NCBI GenBank assembly: GCA_013239625.1
Contig: MU054391.1
Span: 1,734,711 to 1,798,710 of the forward strand
Source: Lama guanicoe
Taxonomy: Eukaryota
Direction of reading: 5' to 3'
Length of the DNA: 64,000 nt
The notes below the pieces were generated by a model. The model did not search any database, was not told the DNA's origin, and saw only the letters and a program-made list of their open reading frames with translations. Of this stretch, positions 40,986-52,613 are shown piece by piece. The first letter of the stretch is position 1, and every line of letters starts with the position of its first letter. A program made the translations under genes and the position numbers.

Positions 40986-41388
40986 TAAACTATCAAGTGC
41001 AAAGGATACATACAGGAAAAGTGCTTCTCCAGTATATTACCTTTTTAGGAAGGACAGCTAGATATGCAAAGCTCCAAGGGTGTGCCCACCTGTGGGAGGG
41101 ACACTGAGACATCCCAGAAGTGCCTTCTTTGATCAAATAGGAGGTAAGAGGTCATTTTCCGGTCAGAGATGGGGTGAGGGCTGCTCCTTTGTAACGGCGG
41201 GTGATGGCCTCCGGGAGACACCCACATGCCCTCTTTTGCTTTCTCATCAGTTTGTCCACTTAATTAACTATTAAAACCAGCCAGCGTCATGTCAGTCTCA
41301 TTCGGGAATCCATTCCCTATTAACAGATCTCTGCGGTAAGCCAAATGATCATCACTCAATAGTCATTTTCACCGTTTAAGGCCCCTAA

Positions 41389-41673
<285 letters not shown>

Positions 41674-41795
41674 CCCACACCGAACCGTGGTGGCTCCACG
41701 ACGCTCAGTCCTGCTCTCCGAGTGTTTTCAACACCCAACCCCTAGAAGTTCCTAGCAACTAACCTTGTGACGATCAACAGAGTTCCTGGTGATTT

Positions 41796-41801
41796 AATAA
41801 A
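41796..41801 (+). terminator. ALLC polyadenylation signal AATAAA
   Basis: 122 nt after the stop, followed by a GT-rich downstream element (ctgtgtgtagtgtctctgtg). Confidence 0.85.
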
Positions 41802-42576
41802 GTGATCACTTTCACACCCTAGTACCTGTGTGTAGTGTCTCTGTGAAGGGCGTAGTGGTTCAAAAATTGGCTGTGGCTGTCAACGGTAGGTGGCCTCTTA
41901 AGGATTACTCTTTTTTTGTTTTTTAACAGTACAATATATTGGTATTTAGAGTATGTAAAATTTATAGGTATAGATATTCTGAAGCTTCAGGGGTATTTCA
42001 GCAGGTAATACATAGACCATTATCTTTTAAAAGTTTGTTGAAGCCCATCAGAGCCCCTGGAAAAATGTATTTCTAGTCATTCATTGTCCCAGCTCAAGAG
42101 GACTGGTCATGTTTACCTAGCATAGGGGATGCCTTTCCCAAGGACGTACAGCCTCTTACACTGCGCTTCCCCCACACGAAGGTGCATGCTGAATGCTAAA
42201 CCTTTGTGATACCCCGCGCTAGCGGTGCCCGGCACCCTAGCTTCTCACATGCTCTGGATGGTTCCTGACGATTTCCTCCCTGACGCAGTTCTGATTGTCA
42301 GGATGGTCTCGATGCCCCTTTGCCCCAACCCATCCGCAACCTCTCTGCGCAGGAGGGTGGGTGTGAGGTGGGAGGGGCGAGGTGGGTGCCTGGTGGATCC
42401 CGGGCCCCTCCCACTCCTCCCTCCTTGGCAGGAGCCGGGCTCTCTTCCCCTCCCGGAGCTCTTCCCGGCTCTCTGACGCTGCCTCGCCTGCCGCCGGCCG
42501 CGCCTCTCCGGGCGGCGGTCACAATGGCCGGGCGGCGTCAGCGCGGGCGGGGCGGGGGAGGGCCGGGAGCGGCGCC

Positions 42577-42863
42577 ATGGGCTCGCGCGCGCCGCACGTG
42601 CTGGTGGACACCACGCCCGCCAAGACCATCGTGGTGTACCGCAACGGGGACCAGTTCTACGTGGGCCGCAAGTTCGTGCTGTCGCGCCGCCGCGTGGCCA
42701 CCTTCGAGGGGCTGCTGGACCAGCTGAACGAGCAGGTGGCCGTGCCGTTCGGCGTGCGGCGCCTGTTCACGCCGACGCGCGGGCGCCCAGTGCGCGAGCT
42801 GGACGCGCTGCAGGCCGGCGGCAAGTACGTGGCGGCCGGGCGCGAGGCCTTCAAGAAGCTCGA
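42577..42863 (+). CDS. DCDC2C: Doublecortin domain-containing 2C exon 1 (first DCX domain): MGSRAPHVLVDTTPAKTIVVYRNGDQFYVGRKFVL...KYVAAGREAFKKL(D)
   Basis: gccATGg Kozak start, YRNGD and YVAAG..F DCX motifs, gtaagt donor, position directly after ALLC. Confidence 0.95.
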
Positions 42864-42883
42864 GTAAGTGCGGCCCCGCGCGT

Positions 42884-43200
42884 GCTCTGCCCCCGCCGAG
42901 CGGCCCGTCCTGTCCCCACGGGGCCGGAACTGCGCCCGGGTTCCCCCTCCCCGGCCCCTGCCCTGTGGCCGGTCCTGCCCAAGCGGGGCCAGGAGACAGA
43001 CTCCGGCTCTGTCCCCGCCTGGCGGCCCGTCCTGTCCCCACGGGGCCGGAACTGCGCCCTGGGGTCCCTTCCCCCCCAGCCCACGCGGCCCGTTCTGCCT
43101 GAGTGGGGCGGGGGCACAGACTCCATCCGGCTCTGCCTCCGCCTGGCGGCCCCTCCTGTCCCCATGGCCCGGGGGACCGACCCTGGCTCTGCCCCCGCGG
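42884..43200. repeat. GC-rich tandem repeat, ~122-124-bp period (~2.6 copies, ~60-bp sub-units)
   Basis: Identical 38-mer gcggcccgtcctgtccccacggggccggaactgcgccc at 42900 and 43022. Degenerate third copy at ~43146. Confidence 0.85.
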
Positions 43201-44554
43201 AGCGCCACCTTCTTGTGCAGATTTTCTCCACGGGGCCTCCTCGGGCGCATGTGCCCTGCCGGCCACAGTCCCCGCCCGCTTTGTCGGGAGGGCAGGCCAG
43301 CTCTGATCACCGGACTCGTCAGTGTGGGGAGAGGGTTAGAAAGGGGATGGGGAGAGGGCGCGGAGATGTGGCAATTAAAATAGTGCGCCCAGGGTAGGCC
43401 TCTTTGTAAAGGTGAGCTCTGCGCGGAGGTCTGCAGCACGAGAGTTGGCCACGCGACGTTGGCAGGCAGGACTCAACTGGGTCCCGGCTGGTTCAGACTG
43501 GTGTTCCGGGGACCTGGGCTCGCATCCTTCCATGAGCGCAGGTACTGAGGTGTGTGGTCGGCCCAGTTCACCGCTCTCTGTCCTGCTAGACTAGGAGTCT
43601 GCAGAGGACAGGAGTCCTGCCTGTGATTTCTGACATCCTGGGCCCTGACGCGGTGCTGGCCTGTGAGCAGGGACACCCCGGCCGGGTGTCTGCTAAGATC
43701 AGGACAGCAGACGGGGAGGGGGTCGCTTGTCCTGGGGACGCAGGCCTGTGTATCAACGCCAGGGCCACTCTGAAAGCCGTAGTGGAAATTGGCCATGTTC
43801 AGTTGTACCAGAGGGCCCCCACCCAAATTGTCAGTTTAATTCTTTCCCGTGTATCCTGGGACTGGTATGGCAATCCTTTTGAGATCTTGCTGCATATAGG
43901 GTTCTTTGGCACTGTTCTGATTGTGGTCTTTCTTTTTCCCAGAGAGACCACAGTCTTTTGTGTGCTTATAATTCTTATAATTTCTTCTAAACTCTCTTGG
44001 TAACTGTCATTAGACAAGTGTATTTGCAACCCAAACCTACTTGCAGTTCTTAGCAAAAGCTATTGTGCCCTTCTTCCTATAGGGAGCCCCCCGGGGGGTG
44101 CTGCAGAGGCTGAGGGGGCTTCACAGTGTATGTTTGGGAGAGAGAAGAGCCACACAGAAGTAGCCACAAAAGACAAAGTGGCAGCTATTGTGAGGGAAGC
44201 ACAGGTTTGATGCTGCCTGGGTGCAGGGCCTCGGAAAAGGCTTCCTCTACGAAAGGGAAGGGAGAAGACTGTTTCTGAATCCTCCGTGAATTCCCGAGCC
44301 GCCTGGGCTTCACTCATTGCTTGTGTCTGCCTTTGAAGGATATTATTACCATTTCTTACACTGTTGTTGACTTCATTTCTTTTATCGTGAAAAGAATATA
44401 TATACAGGATATGTACGGAAGAGTGTATGCAACTCCATGCGTAAGGAATAGTAACAAAGCAGGCCTCTGTGGATTAGCTGCATTTTAAAACCCTCCTACC
44501 TCCACCCCCATCCTTTCCCTATAGGTAAGCACCGTTTTAGCTTTTTAAAAGAGT

Positions 44555-44690
44555 ATTTTATTTTATTTTGTTTTTTTGTGGGAGAGGGTAATTAGGCTTA
44601 TTAATTATATTTAAATGGAGGGACTGGGGATTGACCAGGACCTCGTGCCTACTGAGCATGCACTCCACCACTGAGCTATGCCCTCCCCCC
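44555..44690 (-). mobile_element. vic-1-like SINE
   Basis: gggtaattagg...ggagggactggggattgaccaggacctcgtg...gagctatgccctccccc. Confidence 0.85.
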
Positions 44691-45944
44691 TATTTTGGCT
44701 TTTGTAATAATCATCTTTTCATAGTCATCTATCCCTGAAGGGTAGGGTTTTTTCAGTGTTTCACATACTTTATGTAAATGCTATTATATTGCATACATTT
44801 TTCTGTTACTTGCTTTTCATACAATAATATGCTTCTGAGACTTACCCACGTTAATAGCATGTAGCTAATAGGTCATTCGCTTTTCACTGTTACGTATTAT
44901 TTCACTGACTGATGTACCAGTTTACTTATCCAGTCTGTTGATGGGTAACTTGGGTCGTTGTAAATGTCGTGCTAAGATCAGCAACGCTGCTGTAAACACG
45001 CTCCTGCGTGTCTCCTGATGCACAGGGCAAGACCATCTCTAGGGGAGCGTGTCAGTTATCCGTGTCTGCGTGTCCTGTTAGTGCAAGCTTACTGGCATAA
45101 AATGACCTGTATTATCTCCCAGTTTCTGTGATCAGGAATTCAGGAGCAGCCGAGTGTTTCTGGCTCAGAGGCGCTCATGAGTTTGCAAGCAGGATGCTGG
45201 CCGCCGGTGTGAAGGCCTGACTGGGCGGTGCTCGCAGCCTCCCTCCCAGGCGCATGGCGGGAAGCCCTGTCCGGGATCCGAGCCTCTCCGCGGTGACTCT
45301 CAGTGGGCTCCCCAGCCTGAGTGATCACGGCGGCTGGTGCTCTCAGGCTGTCTTCTCCCTCCTTCTGCTAGGTTATCTTTATGGGCTGGCCATTACTTTT
45401 AAAAGTTATTTTCAGAAATAATTGGAGGCCTAGGATGATAATATCTTTTGCCAAAGTAGATTTTTGTGACCTTCAGCCACGTACCCCTGTCACCCCAGTT
45501 CACGATCAACTTGGTACAGCTTCAGAGTGTGAGATGGTTCAGGCCAGACGGCTGGGAGCCGGGACGCTCCCTCCTTCTCAGGGGCAGCGCAGGGGGTCCC
45601 GGTTCACAGAGGGCGGCTCGCTGTAGCCGCGGCGGCGGTGGGCTTTGCCTGCCGGCTGCAAAGGCTGTCAGAACCGCGGTTCACTCTCTGAGTTTTCTGT
45701 GCCCAGCAGCAACTACCTCTGGGCCACAGGGGCCCTGGGCTTCAGGCTCATGTCTTCGGATTTCCCTTCTTACCTGCAGTGCGGTAGTTCCTCACCATCT
45801 TGCTGGATGTCTTGTGTTTCAACGACAGCTCTCTTAGTTTGTCCAGTTTTATCAGTTTTTAGTGGAAGGGTTGATCGGCGTTACTTAGTCCTTGGTTCCC
45901 AGAGTGGCAATCTTCTTTTTAAAAAATTTTAAAATTACTTATTT

Positions 45945-46160
45945 AATTTTTAAAATTTTTTGTTTGTTTTTTTGGGGGGAAGGTAATTAGGTTTATTTAT
46001 TTATATATATATTTATTTAATTTATTAAATTTTTTTTTTGTTTTTTGGGGGGAGGGAATTAAAGTTTATTTACTTACTAATTTATCTAACAGAGGTACTG
46101 GGGATCGAACCCACGCATGCTAAGCACGTCGTCTACTGCTGACTGAGCTCTGCCCTCCCC
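45945..46160 (-). mobile_element. vic-1-like SINE with duplicated 3' tail module
   Basis: Two ttttggggg(g)a..g.aatta..tttatt blocks precede gaggtactggggatcgaaccc...gagctctgccctcccc. Confidence 0.8.
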
Positions 46161-47378
46161 GCAGAAGCCTTTTTACCTTTGTTCTCCACGTACGTTTCTG
46201 CTGTGATTCTGTGGATGATGGCGCCCTTCCACCCATGACAGGTGTTTTTTCATTGTCTTCTAACTTAGTGGTTGCTGGCGAGAAATCAGCTGTCGCCATT
46301 CACTTCTTTGAAAGTAGTGGTTTATCTTTTTCAGCTTTTTAAAATCTATTCTCTTTGATTCTGTGTGCTGTGCTTTAAGTGAGATGTCTACATGCAGATT
46401 TACTGAATTCTCTTGAGTCTCCGGTGGTAACTGCCGGTGGTCTTGGGGCCTGTCAGCCATTGTCTGTTCAGAAGATGCCTCTGCCTCCGTTTCCTCCCCT
46501 TGCTTTTCTGTGTCTCAGTCGACGTGGGTTGGCCTGTTTCGTTGACTCCGACCTCCGGGAGTCCTCCTCTTTTCCGTGCATTTTTCTCTCTTTTATCCTC
46601 GTGCTCTGCTCTGGGGACTTCCTTCACTTGGAGCTTCTCATTAAGTTTTCTGCTGTGTATACAATGCTATCAAACCAATTCACTGAGTTTTAAATTTAAA
46701 TCGTTTAGTTTTTCATTTCTAAAAATTCTATCTGGTTTTTCCATATTATTCTTTTGTGTTTCTTTGTCCTCTGTGTGTTTTCAAGTTTGCCTTTTGTTGA
46801 AATACTGTCCTTCTGTGGTCTGTGCTTGCAATCCCGGTCGTTTGAAATTCACCTACTTCCCCTTATTTCAGCTGGTTTTGTCTCGCGGTCCTTTCTCTCC
46901 TTGTTAGTTTACTTAGTTTTTGAGAAGGAGTCTGCAGATGACTCCTTTTCTGCGGGGTTTGATCTGAGGAAGCTCTCTGAGGGCTGAGGTAAAGGCGAGA
47001 TTCTCCAGAGAGGATTTCCATTTTCTTCTCCCAAATGTCAGGCACGCTCTCTCTCCAGAGATGCTCCTAATTAAATCAGTAGCTTGAGGGTTTCTGGACC
47101 ACCCAGATAGTGTCATTTTGTGAGCTGGCTGGCTTGTGATCCAGATTCTTAATGGCGTCTGCAAAGGTGCAAACTTGCCATGCTATTGTTTTTAAAGAAA
47201 CCTGGTAAGTCACAGACGTCACGGTTGCTGAGAGGCGGAGTCCGGATTAACGCCGTGACATTTTAGATTTAAATTTATTACTGTGATAATCCTGTTACGT
47301 ACGGGCATCCCCTGGCAAGGATGTGCACCTTTGTAGATATTTCATTTTGTGATTATTTTTTCAGGGTTCATTACCACA

Positions 47379-48150
47379 TGCTACACGCTGAATGTCTGTG
47401 TCCTTCTGAAATTCGTATGTTGAAACTGAACCGCCTTCCCCCATGTGATGGTGTCAACTTGCGAAAAAATGCACAACGTAGGGGTTGTGAGTTGAGTTTA
47501 TTCAGTGTCTTACTGAGGATGTGGCCCAGGAGACGGCTGCTCAGACAGCCCCGCGGAACTTCTCTGAGGGGTTGGGGAGGAAGACATTCCCCGTGTGATT
47601 TGGTGAAGGCGTTCGTGCACTCGAGCATCCGTCTCAGTAGAGGGGCTGCTAGTCACGAGAAGACATCTCAGTCAGCAGTGCTAGTGCTTTACTAAGTATG
47701 GAAAGGTGCAAGAATCCAGGTTCATAAGAAATTTCTCCTGAAATATTTCTAACTGTCTCAAGGCCTGGTCCTCACCCGAGTTCCTTCCCGAGTGCGCTGG
47801 AGGTCAGCCACTGCAGTGGCTAACGGCTTGATCCTTGTAGAAACAGATGGCAAGCGAGCGACCTTCCTTTTTAATGGTGTCAGGAGGTGCGGCCTCTGGA
47901 GGTGATGAGGTCATGAGGGTGGAGCCTCTCATGGGATTAGTGCCCTTATAAAGGAGGCCCCCGAGAGCTCCGAGTGAGGACGCAGCAAGGTGATGCTGTC
48001 TGTGATCCAGGAGGCGGGCCCGCAGCAGACCCTGAATCCATCAGCACCTTGATCTCTGACTTCCAGCCTCCAGAGCTGTGAGAGGTGAATGTCTGCTGTT
48101 TAAGCCCTGGCCCCAGGCTGGGATGTTTTTGTTATCGTAGCCCGAACAGG
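47379..48150 (+). mobile_element. MLT1A/B-like MaLR LTR split by a nested ERV LTR
   Basis: tgctacacgctgaatgtctgtgtcc...aaattcgtatgttgaaa...atgtgatgg | tgtcaggaggtg...ggtcatgagggtggagcc...gattagtgcccttataaa...ttccagcctccagagctgtgag. Confidence 0.8.
47452..47873 (-). mobile_element. ERV1-type solo LTR (~420 bp) with 4-bp TSD (atgg)
   Basis: Starts TG, ends TA (decayed CA). atgg flanks both sides (47448-47451, 47874-47877). AATAAA on the - strand at 47497-47502. Confidence 0.7.
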
Positions 48151-49539
48151 CTGGATACTGATTTCCCAGCAGCATCTGGTCTTGTGGTCTCACAGTCACG
48201 AAAGAGTATGTTTCTACAAAAATTGATTTTAAAATCCTTTTCAACATATGTGCGATGAAAAGTATTTAATCTTCCCCCCAAAACGTTCCCTTGTAAGAGT
48301 GACGTGTGTTTTATCCGGGAGCGGATGAGGGAGGAGGCTCGCGGAGCATCGCCCATTGCGCCTGGACCGTGATCAGCAGGTGCCAGTCTTTCCTCTTTCC
48401 TGTGGGTTGAGGCGTTTTCTAGGAGACCGTGAGACCTCTGATTTGGCAGAGAGATTTTCAGGGTTTATTTAAAATGTTCTTTATATTAAAATGTTTATTT
48501 AAAATTATTTAAAATGTGGCGGAAATACGGAGAAAGACTGAGGTGTTTATTTTCTCAGGTTTCTGAACATCGATGATTATGTTCTGCAGGGAAGGAAACG
48601 CGACTTAGTTCGCTGAGCAGGCGGGGGAGGTGGGGCTCCCACGTGGCGGAGAGTCCCTGTTACTTTGCATTTTCCAGGCACCTTCATGGCCACAGAACAG
48701 ATGGGTGATGTTTGCATGTGGAGATCGACACGGAGAGGCATTTGGGTTTCATTTTCTTCACTTCTTTTTAAGTCAGTGAAGTATGAAATCAGAATCCAGA
48801 CTTCGGTGAATAAAACTCTGAAAATGATTCTGGCTGGGTTTGTGCTGGTATCGGTAAGCTGGCACCTGTCAGGATGTATGTTCTGTAATTACGGAGCCGT
48901 TGAGCGGTTAAAATTAATTTTCACCAGCAAATAAGCTCCTGATTGTGCCGCCAGCAGATGAACGTTGAAGTGAAACCTGGTGATATATTACCCGTCCCGG
49001 AGTCTTCTCAGGATAATGGCTGTGAAACGGTACATCGAGAAGACAAATACGGTTAAAATCTACCCCTGAGCCAATCATTATTCAAACATTTCCTACATTT
49101 GCCGGAATAAATTAATTTGAGATGAGGAACATAATTTTTTCTCTATAAAACAAAGTATTATAGGCTAATAATTACTTAAAAAAATAAATGTCCCATAAAG
49201 CCTAGAATTTATGATTTTTTTGTGTGAGGAAAGTTGTATTCAAAACAAAATGTAGATCAGGGCATTGTGTGATTGTGTGTGTGTGTGTGTGTGTTTGGGG
49301 AGACCCACAAAGAATTTGAATTCTAGTAGGAATTTTTCCTATTTACCCTGGAATTTGTTGTTGAGATGCAAAGTGGAAGCGGTATTTAAATCAAACTGTA
49401 GAAGCTCGTTGACACCCCAGCTTTACTTCTAGTGTCCTTACCACCCATTTGTACCCGAGGACTAGTGGGTAACAGGCAAAGGGGGGAGTCTCTGGCGAGG
49501 CAGCCACGCCAGAGAAGAGGAATGTGGTCCTGGAGCCGA

Positions 49540-49710
49540 AGACCTGGGGTGAATTGAATATGGCTTTTCCCATCTGGGAGCATTTAGCAAATTAATTAAC
49601 CTTGCTGAGACTCAGTTTCCTCATCAATAAAATGGGACCAGTTAATATCTACTCCAGTGAGATGTTCTGAGAATGAAATGAATGCAGTGCTTTAAAATGC
49701 CCGGCTTGAT
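49540..49710 (+). mobile_element. MIR remnant
   Basis: gcaaattaattaacctt...ctcagtttcctcatcaataaaatggga. Confidence 0.7.
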
Positions 49711-50305
49711 TCTAGCGGTTGGTTTCTTCCTTCCCTTTATTCTCCAGAAGCAGCAAGGAGGGACATCACACATCAGCGTCTCGTGTCTGCTTCTCATTTG
49801 TGCTGCTCACCCCCCACCCCACCCCCAAGGAAACCTAAGTCCAACCGGAACTACCTCTTCTGAGCACCTGGTGTAAAGGCTCGGGTCCGCTGGGTCTCTG
49901 AGGGAGGTCCTGTTCCCTCTTTCCGCACCGTTCCTGGGCTCTTTGGAAGGCAGCATCGAAACAATAAAGAGCATTTTGTGATTTTCGATCTTTTTATGCC
50001 TTAATTTTAAAATTAATCTTCTACCTTTTGTTTTTATTTAATGATAATAAGCTGTCTCATTTGGGGGGCTTGTGCTCATGACCTGCTGTGGAATTTGGGG
50101 ATCTAGAACTGGAATACCTATTTGAAGGCCAGCAGGAGCATGCCTGGGAGGGCTGGGAAGCCAAGGCGGCGAGCGGGAGATTTGCAGGCTGTTTGGGTCC
50201 CTCAGTTTTCAGCTTTGCATTGGCTGCAAATTTTTTTTTTTAATTTAAAAACTTCATTAACAGGTGCTTGCAGTTTGTTGACTTGTTTGAAAAAAAATCA
50301 AGCTG

Positions 50306-51035
50306 CAGAATGCAGTTTGGTGCAGCCATTGTGGAAAACAGTATGGAGATTCCTCAAAAGACTAGAAATAAACTTACCATATGACCCAGGAATCCCGCTC
50401 CTGGGCATATATCCAGAAAGAACCCTACTTCAGGATGACACCTGCACCCCAGTGTTCATAGCAGCACTGTTTACAATAGCCAAGACATGGAAACAACCTA
50501 AATGTCCGTCAACAGATGACTGGATAAAGAAGATGTGGTATATTTATACAGTGGAATACTACTCAGCCATAAAAACTGACAACATAACGCCATTTGCAGC
50601 AACATGGATGTCCGTGTAGAATGTCGTTCTAAGTGAAGTAAGTCAGAAAGAGAAAGAAAAACACCATATGAGATCACTCATATGTGGAATCTAAAAAAAA
50701 ATGAGCTTAAATACAAAACAGAAACAGATTCATAGACATAGAATACAAACTTATGGTTGCCAAGGGGGAGGGGGGTGGGAAGGGACAGACCGGGAGTTCA
50801 AAATTTATAGATCTGACAGGTGTATGCAGAATAAACAAGATTATACTGTATAGCACAGGGAAATATATACAAGATCTTGTGGTAGCTCACAGCAAAAAAA
50901 AAATGTGACAATGAATATATGTATGTTCATGTAGAACTGAAAAATTATGCTCTACACTGGAATTTGACACAACATTGTAAAATGACTATAACTCAATAAA
51001 AAATGTTAAAAAATAAAAATAAAAATCATACACTT
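50306..51035 (+). mobile_element. Lineage-specific 5'-truncated L1 (sense to DCDC2C) with TSD
   Basis: ORF2p C-terminus ([17 protein letters not shown]...EYYSAIK), 3' UTR and A-tail. TSD aaaaaaa(a/g)tcaagctg at 50290-50305 and 51036-51051. Confidence 0.95.
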
Positions 51036-51175
51036 AAAAAAAGTCAAGCTGTAAACTTATATTACAAATTAAAAATGTAGTCCTTAAAAATCTCAACTTG
51101 ACTAGATATGAAACAATTTAAAAACCTTTAAAGGTATATTGAGAAAAATCAGGCATTTTTTTAATTAAAAAAACC

Positions 51176-51310
51176 TTTTTATTTATTTACTGTTGAGGGG
51201 GAGGTAATTAGGTCTCTGTTCATTTATTTCTTTTTAATGGTGGCGCTGGGGATTGACCCGAGGACCACACGCTTGCTAGGCGTGCACCCTACCTCTGCGC
51301 TGTGTCTCCC
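51176..51310 (-). mobile_element. vic-1-like SINE
   Basis: gggggaggtaattagg...ggcgctggggattgacccgaggacc...ctacctctgcgctgtgtctccc. Confidence 0.8.
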
Positions 51311-52375
51311 TACTCAAGGCTTTTTTTTTTAAACACCTTTGTCATTACCAAAAAGAGGTGTCTTTAGATAAAAATAATAAAAACCCGTTGCAGCATAGAT
51401 AATGCAGATAGTTCTAGTTATCTGGTCAACAGGCAGAAAGCAAGGACTTAAGGTCTTCAGCTCCAGGCTGCAACGTTTTATAAGGGGGTTATTCATGTGA
51501 TAGGATTTGATTGTTCAGAGGACTTAGTTTTTAGTTGCCTGCATTTCCACAGGAAAACGGGGCCCTGGAGTATGAGCACCGCTCACCTCCCATGGGACCT
51601 CACTCCTGCTAGCCACAGTCCCCACCGTTCCCTAATACACCCTTCCCAAGCACCGTCGTTTGCCTCCCCGGCCTCTGTAGGCATCGGCGCTTGTGACCCT
51701 TGACTATGTATTGAACACTTACAAATTTCTTTTTCCTTCCATCTACCAAATCTTAGTCCTTCTCTGACTAGGGCTAAAACCATCACCCGCAACAGCAGTC
51801 TCAAAGACATAACAATTGTTTTAAATCAGGGAGAAACCTTAACAGACATAAATCTTGAGGGATTATTTGTTATCATTAAAAATACTTGTTTGATTTTTGA
51901 AGCATATGGAAGGCTCTCCCAACGTCCCCAAGGGTCAAAAGTAGTACTAGTGGGACTCAGATGCATTTAATTCTTGTGGTTCTTTTCCAGCATTCAGTTT
52001 GGCAGAATGGGGACAGTGATGACGTTCTGTGGGACAAGAGGGGACAGTAGAGGGGAGAGGGAGCTGGGTGAGGCGTCTGGGACTCTGCTCTGACCTTGGC
52101 CAGCGGTGGGACCCTGGACGAGCTGTTAGTGACCTGCGAAAGGCCCCCTCTTTGGTCAACCTCCAAGGTCCTTCTCTGATTAGGAACATTGTCTGAGGGA
52201 AGGCAGTGACACTTAAGGTCTGTTTTCCTGGGTGGTGCCAGTGGTGGCCAATGTGAACATTTTCCTGAGCATTTATGGTGCTCTTGATTTTAATTTTAAG
52301 TTGCTGTGGAGTTGTATGTTGGAATGCTGGAAAGGAGTCCTTCCTAAAGAGGCTCAAATTTTCCAAGATTTACCT

Positions 52376-52519
52376 TCCTTTTTTTGTTTTTTTTTTGCAG
52401 GGGGGAGGTAATTTGGTTTATTTATTTGTTTGGTTTTTCAGTGGAGGTACTGGGGATTGAACCCAGGACCTCAGGCAGGCTAGGCCTGCGCTCTACCACT
52501 TGAGCTATGCCCTCCCCCC
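52376..52519 (-). mobile_element. vic-1-like SINE with TSD, next to the DCDC2C exon 2 branch point
   Basis: ggaggtactggggattgaacccaggacctc...ctctaccacttgagctatgccctccccc, flanked by atttacct at 52368-52375 and 52523-52530. Confidence 0.9.
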
Positions 52520-52561
52520 AGTATTTACCTGCTAATTAGGTTTTTCTTTCTTCTTTTGCAG

Positions 52562-52613
52562 TTATATCCATATAGTTCCCAGAAAACCTGCAAAGATGAG
52601 AAAGTTGAAGGAA
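52562..52613 (+). CDS. DCDC2C: DCDC2C exon 2 (52 bp): (D)YIHIVPRKPAKMRKLKE
   Basis: Strong polypyrimidine tract and gcag acceptor, gtaagt donor. Phase 2/0 fits exon 1. Confidence 0.9.

Larger units (their letters stand above)
42470..43270 (+). promoter_or_regulatory. CpG island / DCDC2C promoter with GC boxes and half-CRE sites
   Basis: Dense CpG, gggcggggcgggg just upstream of the ATG, TGACG at 42474 and CGTCA at 42536. Confidence 0.8.

Noticed and set aside
42382..42576. N-terminal extension of DCDC2C suggested by ORF 42382-42867
   Set aside because: It starts at GTG in the promoter region. The ATG at 42577 has an optimal Kozak context and fits the expected N-terminus.
42884..43200. CRISPR-like array or other prokaryotic system
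   Set aside because: The units are degenerate tandem repeats without unique spacers, and the whole window is spliced mammalian DNA.
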